Source: an uncultured delta proteobacterium
GTDB lineage: Bacteria > Desulfobacterota > Binatia > UBA9968
Direction of reading: 5' to 3'
Length of the DNA: 64,000 nt
NCBI GenBank assembly: GCA_963847445.1
Contig: CAWJZV010000046.1
Location: 256,001 to 320,000 of the forward strand
Of the stretch, positions 44,088 through 54,568 are shown piece by piece; the first letter of the stretch is position 1; each line of letters begins with the position of its first letter. The notes below the pieces were generated by a model that made no database searches, was not told the DNA's origin, and was given only the letters and a program-made list of their open reading frames with translations. The translations under genes were made by a program, and so were the position numbers.

Positions 44088-44798
44088 ATGGCTAGCAGTT
44101 GGGACAAAGTTCGGGTCGATAACAGCGATATGCCGCTTTACGTGAATCTGCCGGCGAGCGAGCGAACCGTGCCGGGTATCGTTGTCGTGCATGGACGGTC
44201 GGGTTTGGAAGACTTCATCAAGGATACCACCAAAATGTTCGCCCAGCTGGGCTATGCGGCAGTGGCGCCGGATCTGTATCATCGCGACGGCCCGGACTGC
44301 AAAGACGGCAACGACGTGCGCAAGGCGCGCCTGCGCGATCCGTCGATCATTCGCGACATCGAAGGCGCCATCGGGTTTCTCAAGAATCACAAGCAGGTCA
44401 ACGGCGGCAAGCTCGGCATCGTCGGCTTCTGCATGGGCGGGCGGCTGGTCTACCTGATGTCGGCGGCGAGCAAGGACTTGAAAGCCGGCGTGATGTTTTA
44501 CGGCAGCAGCACCATGGAGCCTTACGGCGGAGCCGGGCCCACGCCGTTCGATCGCACCCGTGAAATCAGTTGCCCGATCCAAGGCCACTTCGGCGCCGAC
44601 GATCAAAATCCCTCGCCGGACGACATGCGCAAGCTCGATGCTGAACTGACCAAGTTTGGTAAACCGCACGAGTTTCACAGCTATGCCGGCGCGGCCCATG
44701 CCTTCGTCAACTCAGGATCGACAAACTACCGTCCCCACGCTGCGGCGTTGTCGTGGCCCAAGGCGATGGAGTTTTTTGCCAGGCATCTGGTCGGATAG
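44088..44798 (+). CDS. dienelactone hydrolase family protein
   Basis: APDLYHR, GIVGFCMGG, FYG, YAGAAHAF. Confidence 0.93.
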   Translation: MASSWDKVRVDNSDMPLYVNLPASERTVPGIVVVHGRSGLEDFIKDTTKMFAQLGYAAVAPDLYHRDGPDCKDGNDVRKARLRDPSIIRDIEGAIGFLKNHKQVNGGKLGIVGFCMGGRLVYLMSAASKDLKAGVMFYGSSTMEPYGGAGPTPFDRTREISCPIQGHFGADDQNPSPDDMRKLDAELTKFGKPHEFHSYAGAAHAFVNSGSTNYRPHAAALSWPKAMEFFARHLVG

Positions 44799-44807
44799 GG
44801 ATCCGGA

Positions 44808-44848
44808 GCTCCAATCGTTCAAAACGTTCAAGCCGTTCAAATCGTTCG
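44808..44848. repeat. GTTCAA 9-bp tandem arm
   Basis: ctccaatcgttcaaaacgttcaagccgttcaaatcgttc. Confidence 0.75.
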
Positions 44849-44899
44849 GGTGGCGCGGGAGACACACGGAGCCTTTTTTACCATCAATATTACTCAACA

Positions 44900-45803
44900 C
44901 AGCCGCATGGCGCAGAACTTTTAATTGCTCGACGGAGTTCCCGGCGGCAGGATATAGGGCGAGCCGACTTGTCTGAAGGCGCGAACCATTGAGGTTAACC
45001 GGCGCTCGCGGGCGGTCTTGGTAAACTCCTCGATCTCGGGCAAGCGGTCGAAGCCGGATTTTTTTAGTCCGCGCGGAACTTCCATGATCGCGTGGATGTC
45101 GATCATGCCTTTGGCGAGCATATCGGCGTTGCGCCGCACCAAAGTGTCGGGATTGTTTACGCGACCGTCGATTTCACCTCTGGCGAGCGCGATGTCCTGC
45201 TCATTTCCAGAGTAGCCAACGAGCATTTTCGGTTCTCTCAGGCCGATCATCCAGGCAAACAGGCGGCCGACGAAATAATTGGAATGGCCGACCGCCTGGG
45301 CGCCGATGCGTATTCCGGGCGCTTGGCGCAGTGCTTCCAAGCTGGCAAAGCCGGCATCGCGCCGGGTGATAAAAACCCAGTGGTAGGTGCTGTGGGCGGA
45401 ACCCAGATAGATCAGTTTGTCGAGATCGTAGAGGACCCCGGCCTCTTTCAACGCGGCATTGGCGACCAGGCCGCCGCCGATGCGGCCGATGGTGAGCCCG
45501 TCAGGCTTGGTGTTGTGAAAAATATGGTTGGCGGCCTTGGTGCCGCCGCCGCCGGGCATATATTGGTAGGCGATGGTTGGCTCGCCGGGTATATGCTTTC
45601 TCAACACCGGAATCGTCGCTCGCACCATAGTATCGGACGTGTCGCCGGGGTCGGAGGATTGCAGGATCGTGAGAGTTTTTCCCTGGTAGAACTGCGCCTG
45701 AGACAGCGCGGGATGCACCGACCACAGGTTTAGCAACAGTGTCAGCGTGAGTGATCGCCGACGGGTTTAGAATTCGTTGGGAGCATTTAGCGTCTCCTTG
45801 CAT
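44900..45803 (-). pseudogene. TctC/Bug-like binding protein, apparently 3'-truncated
   Basis: FYQGKT, HIPGEP, MPGGGG..AANH..KPDGLT; similarity to paralog 51666..52722 stops shortly after PPGTP, about 50 aa short. Confidence 0.6.
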
Positions 45804-45878
45804 CGATTTAAGGTTCGCCTAGGCGTAATATCGCGCAGCGGTGCAATCGTTGTCAATGTGGATTTAGTTAATCAAAGG

Positions 45879-46175
45879 TCATGAAAATTTCCGAATGACT
45901 GCTTCGATCCGTGACTTCCGCAGCTCGCGAATAGCTTCATCGATGTCGCCAACGGCGTCGCGATCCCGCCGATCTTCATGATCCTTTTCCCGCGGACGGT
46001 CTTGAAATACTTTGACGTGCCGGAGAGCTGCAGGTATTGGTCGACCCCGATGATAACGGCGCGTGGCTTTTGCGCTTTGTGACGACATAGGCTTCGCCAT
46101 GCTTGGCGACCCGGTCGATTATCTCGCCGAGTTTCGATCGAGCTTGACGAAAGTCAGGGTTTTTTCTTTCATCAT
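45879..46175 (-). CDS. Phd/YefM family antitoxin; frameshifted, not recovered intact by the ORF track
   Basis: Reconstructed MMKEKTLTFVK..LGEIIDRVAKHGEAYVVTKR..PRAVIIGVDQY; AAGGAG RBS; TGTACA palindrome at 46202-46207. Confidence 0.75.
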
Positions 46176-46294
46176 GACGGTCTCCTTGTGGAGACTCGAA
46201 ATGTACACTAAGTGGACGGCTCGGTCGAACTTAGAGGGGTTGACATTGTCGAACCGCTTGGAGCAAATAGGGCGCATAACACAAGGAGGTCTTT

Positions 46295-46730
46295 ATGGGA
46301 CTATTAAAAATCGAAGGCGTGACGCATTGGTCGATTCCGGTGAACAACTTGGACGAGTCGGAGAAGTTTTACGGCGATCTGCTTGGGCTCAAGCATCTTG
46401 GCCGGCTCGGCAACTTCCGGGATGTCTTGTTTTAACGTCGGCGATCACAACATTTTGCTCTGCGAGCGCTCGAAGGACGTGGACAAACCCATGTCGAGGA
46501 GCGCAACGTGCATCATTCGTTCACGGTGGCGCCGGAGACGATAGCCCAGGCGTGCAAGGTTTTCAAGGAAAGAACGTGAAGATCGACGAGCTGTACTATC
46601 GCAAGGGCGGCTATTTTCCCGGGCGTGAGCTTTACTTCTTCGATCCCAGCGGCAACCGTTTGGAGCTGCGCGATCCGACTTGGAAGGCGGGAATGCCGGA
46701 GCCATCCTTGACGAAGTCGCCAACGGGTAA
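46295..46730 (+). CDS. VOC/glyoxalase family protein; frameshifted
   Basis: GVTHWSIPVNNLDESEKFYGDLLGL..RELYFFDPSGNRLEL; AGGAGG RBS. Confidence 0.85.
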
Positions 46731-46740
46731 TCAGCTGTTG

Positions 46741-46890
46741 GGTTCAAAACGTTCAAGTAGTTCAAAGGTTCAAGGTGGCAATTCGGACAAGACGGTTTGA
46801 GATTTCATTGCGTTCGGGTTGGCTATCCTGCACGAAATTTGGAAACGGCTTGAACGATTCGAACGTTTGAACTCGAATCGTTCAAGCCGT
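46741..46890. repeat. GTTCAA 9-bp repeat arms between convergent genes
   Basis: ggttcaaaacgttcaagtagttcaaaggttcaagg ... cggcttgaacgattcgaacgtttgaac. Confidence 0.78.
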
Positions 46891-46912
46891 TTGCATTTGG
46901 CGGTTATGCCGA

Positions 46913-47756
46913 CTACTTCTTGACCGGCTCGGGCACACCGGGCAGCTTGGTTTTCTCGTTGTAGTATTCTTGCGAAAATTCCGGTTTGCGCCGTTCGGAA
47001 AAGGCGGCTGAGCCTTCGTCGTAGTCTTTGCTGTTGCGCAGGTGGGCGTAGAATTCCCGGTGCACTTCGAAGCCTTTTTCCCATCCCTGGATCTCGTAGA
47101 GCAGTTTGTCTTCGATGAACTCGACGGTGTGCTGGGCGATCAGCCGGCCGTTGCGGTTGATGGTCGTGGCCAGTTCGATGCAGTCGTCCAATAGTTTGGC
47201 CGGTTCGCAGACCTTCTGCACCAGGCCTAGACGAAAAGCGGTGTCGGCATCGACCATCTGGCCGCTGAGCGCAAACCAGTAGGCCCATCCGGTGGGCAGC
47301 TGGCAGACGTAACTCGGCCACGCGGCCAGATGCGACCAGCGCACTTCGGAGCAGCCGAATTTCGACGCCGGCACGCAGTAGCGAATATGGCATGACAGTG
47401 CCAGGCTGAAGCCGCCGCCGACCGCGTAGCCGTTGATGGCGGCGATGATCGGCTTGTGCATTTGCAGCGGGCGCAGGCTGGAGTAGCCGCGCGGGCCGGA
47501 GCGCGGTCCGGTCATTTCACCTCGGGCGAAGGCGATGTTTTCCTTCAAGTCGCCGCCGACGCAAAAAGCGTCCGCGCTGCCGGTCAGGATAATCGACCAG
47601 ACATCATCGTCGGCTTTGGCTTTTTGCCAGCATTCATCGAGCGCCCAATAAAGGTCGCGGCTGATGGCATTCTTTTTTCTCCGGGCGATTGAGCTTGATG
47701 ATCGCGATATGGGGATCGCGCTTCTCGTAAATACATAGGGGTCCTGGTTCGGCCAT
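46913..47756 (-). CDS. enoyl-CoA hydratase/isomerase family protein; 5' frameshift
   Basis: KKNAIS, AFCVGGDLKE, KPIIAAINGYAVGGG, GLVQKV, AFSERRKP. Confidence 0.92.
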
Positions 47757-47871
47757 GTGTTCCTCCTGTTGTTATGATAAGGCAAAATGTAGAAATTAGA
47801 TAATTTCAGAACGGTTCAGAAGTCATTCGCGCTTCATTGTCAATTTTTACTTTATCCTGGTTGTCGAATTG

Positions 47872-49082
47872 TTAATAAAGCACCTTCTCTTCGTCCAATT
47901 TCTTGATTTCATCGTCGCTGAGACCCAGCAGGTTGCGGGCGATCTCGTGGGTGTGCTCGCCCATGAGCGGCGCGACGCCGCGGACTTTGCCCGGTGTCAG
48001 CGACATGCGCATCGGGCACGTTTTCAGTTACGACATCGCCGGCTTCAGGCTCGGTGAGGTTGACGAGAAAACCGGTGGCGGCGTACTGCTTGTCGTTCTT
48101 GAACTGATCTTCGACGTCTTGCACCGACGGCGGCGCAGACATCGACGCTTTGGACCAGCTCCATCACTTCGTAGGGATCATGCTGCATGGTCCAGCTGGT
48201 CACCCACTTGTCGAGTTCGTCTTTGTGGCGCACGCGTTGCCAGTGGGTGGCGAAATTGGCGCTGCGCTTGAGCCCTGATTTTTCCAACAGGCCGGCGAAG
48301 CGTTCCCACTCGTCTTGCGTGTAGACGGCGATCACGCACCAGCGGTCGTTGCCTTTGCATTGATAGGGGCCGTAGGGCGAGGCGACCAGACTGCGGTTGC
48401 CTTCGGGCTGGGGCTCGCGCTTGTTGACGGTGTATTCGAGATACCGCGGTCCGAGCAGGGCGGCGCCGATCTCTTGCTGGGCGTTGTCGATCCACTGACC
48501 GCGGCCGGTCTTTTTTCTTTCAATCAACGCGAGGACAACGCCGAAGGCGCCGGTGACGCCGCCCATGAAGTCGGGATGCTGCGTGCGCGGCTCGGCGGTG
48601 GCCGTGGTCGCGCCGGGGTAGTTCCACAAATAGGTCGTCGCCATGGTGTTGCCGACGTTGGGACCGTAGGTGAGGTCGGCGGCGTGGGGGCCGGAGCAAC
48701 CCATGCCTTTGACGCGGATCAAGATCATGCGCGGATTGATCATCTGCAGATCCGGCCAATTGAGGCCCCACTTTTCTAAAATGCCCAGGCCGAAGTTTTC
48801 CACCAGCACGTCGGACTTTTTCACCAGCTCTTTGACCAGCTCGCGGCCCTTCGGGGTCTGCATGTTGACGGTGAAAGATTTCTTGCCGCGTTGGAGCTTC
48901 ATGAAGTCGGGCTTCTTGTTCCACAGCTTGGGATCTTCGCCGCGATGGCCGTCGCCGCGCAGACGGGTCTCGCAGCGGATCACTTCCGCGCCGAATTCAC
49001 AGAGCACGCGCGCGACGGTGGGACCGGCGGCGCCGGTGGTTAGCTCGATGACGCGAATGCCTTCAAGGGGTAGTTGGCTCAT
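47872..49082 (-). CDS. family III CoA-transferase (CaiB/BaiF)
   Basis: PLEGIRVIEL..AGP..GAEVIRCE, RGKKS, DVLVENF, INPRMI. Confidence 0.92.
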
Positions 49083-49112
49083 GGAAAATTCCTTTCAAAC
49101 AATGGCTGGAAG

Positions 49113-49193
49113 GTTGGAGTATTGGAATGGTGGAGCGTTGATTGGGTCCGGAACCCATCACTCCAACACTCCAGTACTCCAATCACTCCAATC
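49113..49193. repeat. inverted 9-bp repeat (ACTCCA family) inside the CoA-transferase operon
   Basis: ttggagtattggaatggtggagcgttg ... cactccaacactccagtactccaatcactcca. Confidence 0.8.
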
Positions 49194-49201
49194 TCTTGCC
49201 T

Positions 49202-50406
49202 TCAGATCACTCCCTCGGCTTGCAGGGCGACGAGGTCGTCGCTGTTCATGCCGAGATCGCCGACGTAGATTTCCTGGTTGTGCTCGCCCAACAGCGGCGC
49301 GGGGCGGAAGATGCCGCCTGGAGTTTCCATCAAGCGCGGCACTGGGCCGAATTGCTTGTATTTGCCGACCATCGGATGCTCCATGTCGACGAATAGGCCG
49401 CGCGCCTTGGTTTGTTCCATCTCGACGAATTCGCCGGCGGTGTTGATCGGCGTGACGGCGATGCGGCGCTTCTGACCTTCTTCGTAAAGTTCTTCTTTGG
49501 TGTGCTTTGCACAGAATTCGGCGACGGCGCCGACGACGATGTCGGGATGTTTGCGCCGGTAGGCCATCTTTTCGAACTCCGGACCGGAGATCGACGGCGG
49601 GCTGCCCATCCACTCGACTAGGCGGCGCCATTGTTCGACTGGAATGATGAAAATGCGCGCGTAGCCGTTCTTGGTCTTGTACGGATCGTAGAGGTCGGTC
49701 TCTTCGCCTTTGCGCGAGGCGCGCGCCGGTTTGTCGCCGGTGTAACCATAGTTGGGAATGAAATAGCCGGCGATGTGGCCGCCGCATTCATGCATCGACA
49801 CGTCGATATGCTGGCCCTTGCCGCTGTCGAGCCGATGATAGAGCGCCACGGCGATGCCGAAGGCGCCGTAGGTCGACGCCATGCCGTAGGCGATCTCTCC
49901 CGGCGGCTGCAGCGGCGGTTCGCCCGGTTCGCCGGCGAGATAGAGCAGGTTGCCCAGCGCGATGCCGGCCATGTCGTTGGCTTTGTAGTCTTTCCAGGGA
50001 CCGTTCTGGCCGAAGGGTGTGATCGAAGCGACGATCAATGTCGGATTGACCGCGCTGAGGTCTGGTAGGTCAGTCCCAATTCCTTGGCGCGCGATGGCCG
50101 ATAGGTTTCGATGACGACATCGGCTTTTTTGCATAGTTCGAGCAGGATCGCCCGGCCGTCGGGCTTCTCGACGTCGAGCGTGATGCCGCGCTTGTTGGTG
50201 TTGAAGTGAAGAAAGTACAGACTCTTTTCCGGGTGCGGCTGTCGTCTTTGAACGGCGGCACGCGGCGCGATTCGTCGCCGGCTAGGCGCTTCGATCTTGA
50301 TCACGTCGGCGCCCATGTCGGCCAAGAGCTTGGTGCAGTGCAGACTGAGCGGCCCGCCCAAGTCGAGCACGCGGTAGCCGGTCAATGGTCCTGTTGGTGT
50401 TGCCAT
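49202..50406 (-). CDS. family III CoA-transferase (CaiB/BaiF), partner subunit; frameshifted
   Basis: GPLTGYRVLDL..LLADMGADVIKIE, NTNKRGITLD, SITPFGQNGP, GKGQHIDVS, APLLGEHN. Confidence 0.92.
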
Positions 50407-50642
50407 GAAATTCCTCAGAGCGAAATGTAAATTGATTCGTCGCGATTCTTACTTGGATGAAAGTGGGGTGTCAAGGCGGTGACCGGGAAGTTTCGGGTTT
50501 GGGTTCGGTTCTGAAGTTACGGGAAGGACTTCACCGCCGAGGCTCGGAGTTCGCAAAGGTTGCGTCTTCGCGATGAGAATGTTTTTTGGATTTACAAACT
50601 GCTGATCGCTTGGTTAGTATCGTGACCGACAGGAGTGAAACC

Positions 50643-51650
50643 ATGATCAAGCTTGCCATCTCGTTCGTGTTGTTGATTACAATTCCATCGCCGGCCTCGG
50701 CCCAGACCATGGCGCAGATCGTCGAAGGGGCCAAGGCGGAGAAGGAGCTGTTGACCTACGCGACCACTCAGGCGCCGGTGATGAATCGCTTGGTGCAGGG
50801 GTTCAATAAAAAATATCCGTTTATCAAAGTCGAGTATTACCGCGCCGGCGCGGAAAAGATCGCCCAGCGTTTCGACACCGAGGCTGCCGCCGGGCGCCAT
50901 GTGGTCGATGTCGTCAACTTGAGCGGCTCGGAGATGTATTGGACGGCCAAGAAAGGCAACTTCGCGGTTTACGATTCGCCGGAAAGAAAGGCGATTCGCC
51001 CAAGCTATAAAGACAAGCAAGGTTTGTGGACGGCGCAGTACTCGACCATCGCGGTGATCGGTTACAACCGCAAGCTGGTGGCGCCGGCCGACGTGCCGAA
51101 GAGTTATGACGACATGCTGCTGCCGAAATGGAAAGGTCATATCGGTTTGGATCAAACCGACGACGACTGGTACATGGTGCTGGTGCATGTGATGGGCGAG
51201 AAGAAAGCGTCGGAGTTCATCCGCGCTCTGGCCAGGCAAAATGTCGAATTTCGCCGCGGCCGGCAACTGGCGGCGGAACTGCTCGCCGCCGGCGAGTGGG
51301 CGATGGCGCCGACCATGCGCATCGCCGCCGGCGAAGAGATTCGCCGGAAAGGCGCGCCGGTAGATTGGGTCGCCATGGAGCCGCTGTTTCCCAATCCGCC
51401 CAACGCTCTGGCGCTGGCGCGCCGGGCGCCCCATCCCAACGCCGGCAAGCTGTGGATCGATTACATTCTGTCCAAAGAAGTCCAGGATTATTACGCCAAC
51501 GAAGTCGGCGTCAGCGTCGGCCGCGCCGATGTGGTTTTGGCCAACGAGCGGCTGCGCAAGTTGCGCTACGGCGAGATCGACTGGCCGGTGTATTTGGAAA
51601 AGCTGCAGCACTATCAAGACGAGTGGCGCAAAATCATGAAGCCTTACTGA
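50643..51650 (+). CDS. extracellular solute-binding protein (Fe3+/thiamine ABC-type)
   Basis: GAKAEKEL, FNKKYPFIKVEY, PKSYDD..PKWKG, APHPNAGKLWIDY. Confidence 0.9.
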   Translation: MIKLAISFVLLITIPSPASAQTMAQIVEGAKAEKELLTYATTQAPVMNRLVQGFNKKYPFIKVEYYRAGAEKIAQRFDTEAAAGRHVVDVVNLSGSEMYWTAKKGNFAVYDSPERKAIRPSYKDKQGLWTAQYSTIAVIGYNRKLVAPADVPKSYDDMLLPKWKGHIGLDQTDDDWYMVLVHVMGEKKASEFIRALARQNVEFRRGRQLAAELLAAGEWAMAPTMRIAAGEEIRRKGAPVDWVAMEPLFPNPPNALALARRAPHPNAGKLWIDYILSKEVQDYYANEVGVSVGRADVVLANERLRKLRYGEIDWPVYLEKLQHYQDEWRKIMKPY

Positions 51651-51665
51651 GCGCGGGAGTTGTCA

Positions 51666-52722
51666 TGTTGTTATCCAGATGGAGAGTTCTCGAAGGCGAT
51701 TGTCGCCGCGGTTTTGGTCGGTTTGCTGCGACATTGCCGGTGTCGCCGCGCAATCGTCGTTCTTCGACGGCAAGACGATCAGATTGATCGTCGGTTATCC
51801 CGCCGGCACCACCCATGACATCTGGGCCAGGATGGTGACGCCTTACTTGAAAAAATATCTCCCCGGCAATCCCGATTTCATCGTTCAGTCGATGGCCGGC
51901 GCGGGCTCCATGGTGGCGGTCAATTACATCAACGGCGTCGCCAAGCCGGACGGCCTGACGCTGGCGACGTTTAACGCGGCGCTCTATTTCGAGCAGTTGA
52001 TCGGCCGCAAGGAAGTACAGTTCGACTGGCCCAAGCTTGGCTGGATCGGCAGTTCGACGCCGGCGACGCGGCTCTTCTACATCCGCGCCGATCATCCCTT
52101 CTCGACAATTGCCGACCTGCGCCGCGCGACCGATCCGCCGAAGTGCGGCTCTGCGGGGCGCGGCGGCAGCGGCTATATTTTGCCCAAATTGTTCGAGGAA
52201 GCCCTCGGCCTCAAGCTGGCGATCGTGACCGGTTATCCGGGCGGCGGCGAAGTCGATCTAGCGATCGAGAAGGGCGAAGTGCAATGCAACTCCACTTCGC
52301 TCTCGGTTTATTTCGGCCGCGAACCGTTTCACACCTGGCGCAAGAAGAACTTCGTGCGCGTGCTGATTCAGACCGGCAACAAACGCGATCCCCGGCTCGC
52401 CGACGTGCCGACGATTTACGAGCTCATGGATCAGTACAAGACGCCGGAGGCGAGCCGCCGTTTGACCGCGGTGTTTCTCGACGCCGGACGTTTCGGTTCC
52501 TGGCCCATCGCCGCTCCGCCGGGGGTTCCTGGCGAGCGCGTTAAAATGTTTCGCGACGGTTTCGTCAAAGCGCTGAGCGATCCGGCCTTGCTGGCGGAAG
52601 CCGCGAAGAAACAACTGGAGGTCGAAACCATTCGGGGCGAGGAGCTTGAAAGCCTGGCCAAGGAAGTGATGGCTCAGCCCCGCGAGGTGGTCGAGCGGCT
52701 GAAGGATTTGCTGGCCAAGTAG
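51666..52722 (+). CDS. TctC/Bug-like tripartite tricarboxylate transporter binding protein
   Basis: FFDGKTIRLIVGYPAG, LPGNP, AGAGS..N..KPDGLT, VTGYPGG, APPGVP. Confidence 0.9.
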
Positions 52723-52804
52723 TAACGATGCGACAACACTTTTTGACTACTATCGGGGATAATTTGCGCGGCTTGGGCAAATTTCTCGATGCGCCAAAGC
52801 CAAG

Positions 52805-52830
52805 AGGGCGGGTTTCAAACCCGCCCCTAC
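52805..52830 (-). repeat. GTAG-family REP
   Basis: Minus strand GTAGGGGCGGGTTTGAAACCCGCCCT; compensatory variant at 54013. Confidence 0.85.
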
Positions 52831-52902
52831 GACTCCCGATTCTTTTTTTGCGCCCTCTGCGTTCTTTGCGGCCATGCTTTTTTTCGGTCGCGGCTTCGCC
52901 GC

Positions 52903-53896
52903 GTGCACAACGCGCTTGCTTGTGCAGTGGCTATCACGGCAATTCTATTCACGGTAGTCTCCCGGACCGGTTCGTGCCGCCGACAAACTGCGCGTCGCCT
53001 TCGTCAGTCCGAGCGTCGCCTTGTCGCTGCCGTGGGTGGCTAAAGAGCTGGGGATTTTGGCCAAGTATGATTTAGTCGCCGAGATTCTGCTGATTACCGG
53101 CAGCCCGCGCTTGGTCCAAACGCTGATCTCTGGCGATGTCGATGTCGTGTTCGCCGGCGTCACGGCGCTCACGCGCGCGCGTCTGCGCGGCGCGGAGGTG
53201 GCGATACTCGGCGCTTCGGCCAACCTTTCGAGCCAGAAGTTGATGGTCATTCGCAGCTCGAAGGTTCGCCGTCTCGAAGACTTGAAAGGCGCGACCATCG
53301 GCGTGTCGCAGTTCGGTTCCGAAGCCGACACCTTCACGCGCAATGCGCTGGCGACGGTGGGACTCCGGCCGGACCGAGATGTGACGATTCTTCAGCTCGG
53401 CGGCCATCAGCAGGTTGCTGCCGCCATGGCGGCGGGAAAATTGGAAGCCGGCGGTTTGGGCGGACTCGCGGCGCTCACCGCGGAGCGCGCCGGGGCGCGG
53501 CTTCTCAGCAGCGCCGCCGAGCTGAAGATTCTTTCGCCCGCCGGCACCTTCGCGACCACGCGCGGTTATATTCAGCGCAAGAGAAGCGTCGTCGAGCGGC
53601 TGATGCGCTCGTTCGTCGAAGCGATTCATTATCTGAAAACCAACCGGAACGGTTCCATCGCTTTGCTGCAAAAGTACCTGGGCGGGCTGAGCGCCGTGGA
53701 GGCGGCTTATCTTTACGACGAGCAGGCCGATTTGTTAGAACGATTGCCGGCGCCCAATGAGAAGGCGCTCCAGGCCGTGCTCGGGCGCGAGAACGATGCA
53801 AAGTTGAAAACCATGTCGCCGGCGGATTTCATCGACGCGAGCTTTTTTAGAGATATTGAAAAGAGCGGCTTGATCGAGCAGTTGTACCGGAAGTAG
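52903..53896 (+). CDS. ABC substrate-binding protein (NMT1/SsuA-like); 5' frameshift
   Basis: LPWVAKELGILAKYDL, DLKGATIGVSQFGS, GLRPDRDVTILQLG. Confidence 0.88.
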
Positions 53897-54012
53897 TGGG
53901 TTAGCGATGTTCGTGCGGCGAGCATGCGCATCAAGAAGAGTGTCTCGCGCAAAGGGCGCCAAGGACGCAAAGGGAATGACTTCAGAGAAGCCAGCTCACG
54001 GGAAATCCGGAT

Positions 54013-54038
54013 GTAGGGGCAGGTTTGAAACCTGCCCT
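54013..54038 (+). repeat. GTAG-family REP
   Basis: GTAGGGGCAGGTTTGAAACCTGCCCT. Confidence 0.85.
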
Positions 54039-54122
54039 CTTGGAATGCTCGCAATTGCAATGCTGTTTCGAAGTTGACGATGGAATATTAACCCGGCCTC
54101 CAAAACACGAAAGGAGAAAACC

Positions 54123-54485
54123 ATGGCACGCATAGGACATATCGCATTACTGACCAAGGACACCGAGAAACTCGCGGCGTTCTACAAGACTTCCTTCGGT
54201 CTCAACGAGGTCGCCCGCAGCGGCGAAGCCAGCGAACATGGCAGAGCGATCTATCTCTCCGACGGCCATATCAATTTGGCGATCCTTCCGGCGCGCAACC
54301 GGCGCGAGGGGATCTATCACTTCGGCATGCAAGTGGAAGACGTCAAGGGCGCGACGCAAACCGCGCTTGCCGCCGGCGCCACCGGCGGCACGGCGAATCT
54401 CCCCAAGGATGGACGCTTCGCCGAAACCTTCGTGCTCGATCCGGTGGGGACGCGGGTGGATTTGTCGCCGGGGTGGAAAGTGTGA
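54123..54485 (+). CDS. VOC/glyoxalase family protein
   Basis: IGHIAL..FYKTSFGL..LSDGHINLA..HFGMQVED..DPVGTRVDLS. Confidence 0.9.
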   Translation: MARIGHIALLTKDTEKLAAFYKTSFGLNEVARSGEASEHGRAIYLSDGHINLAILPARNRREGIYHFGMQVEDVKGATQTALAAGATGGTANLPKDGRFAETFVLDPVGTRVDLSPGWKV

Positions 54486-54568
54486 CCTAGCTTTGCACTC
54501 TAGCTTCTTCGACCGCGCCAGTTCGCTGCATGAGGCGACGCTATTACAACGTTCGTTAGCGCATCGAT

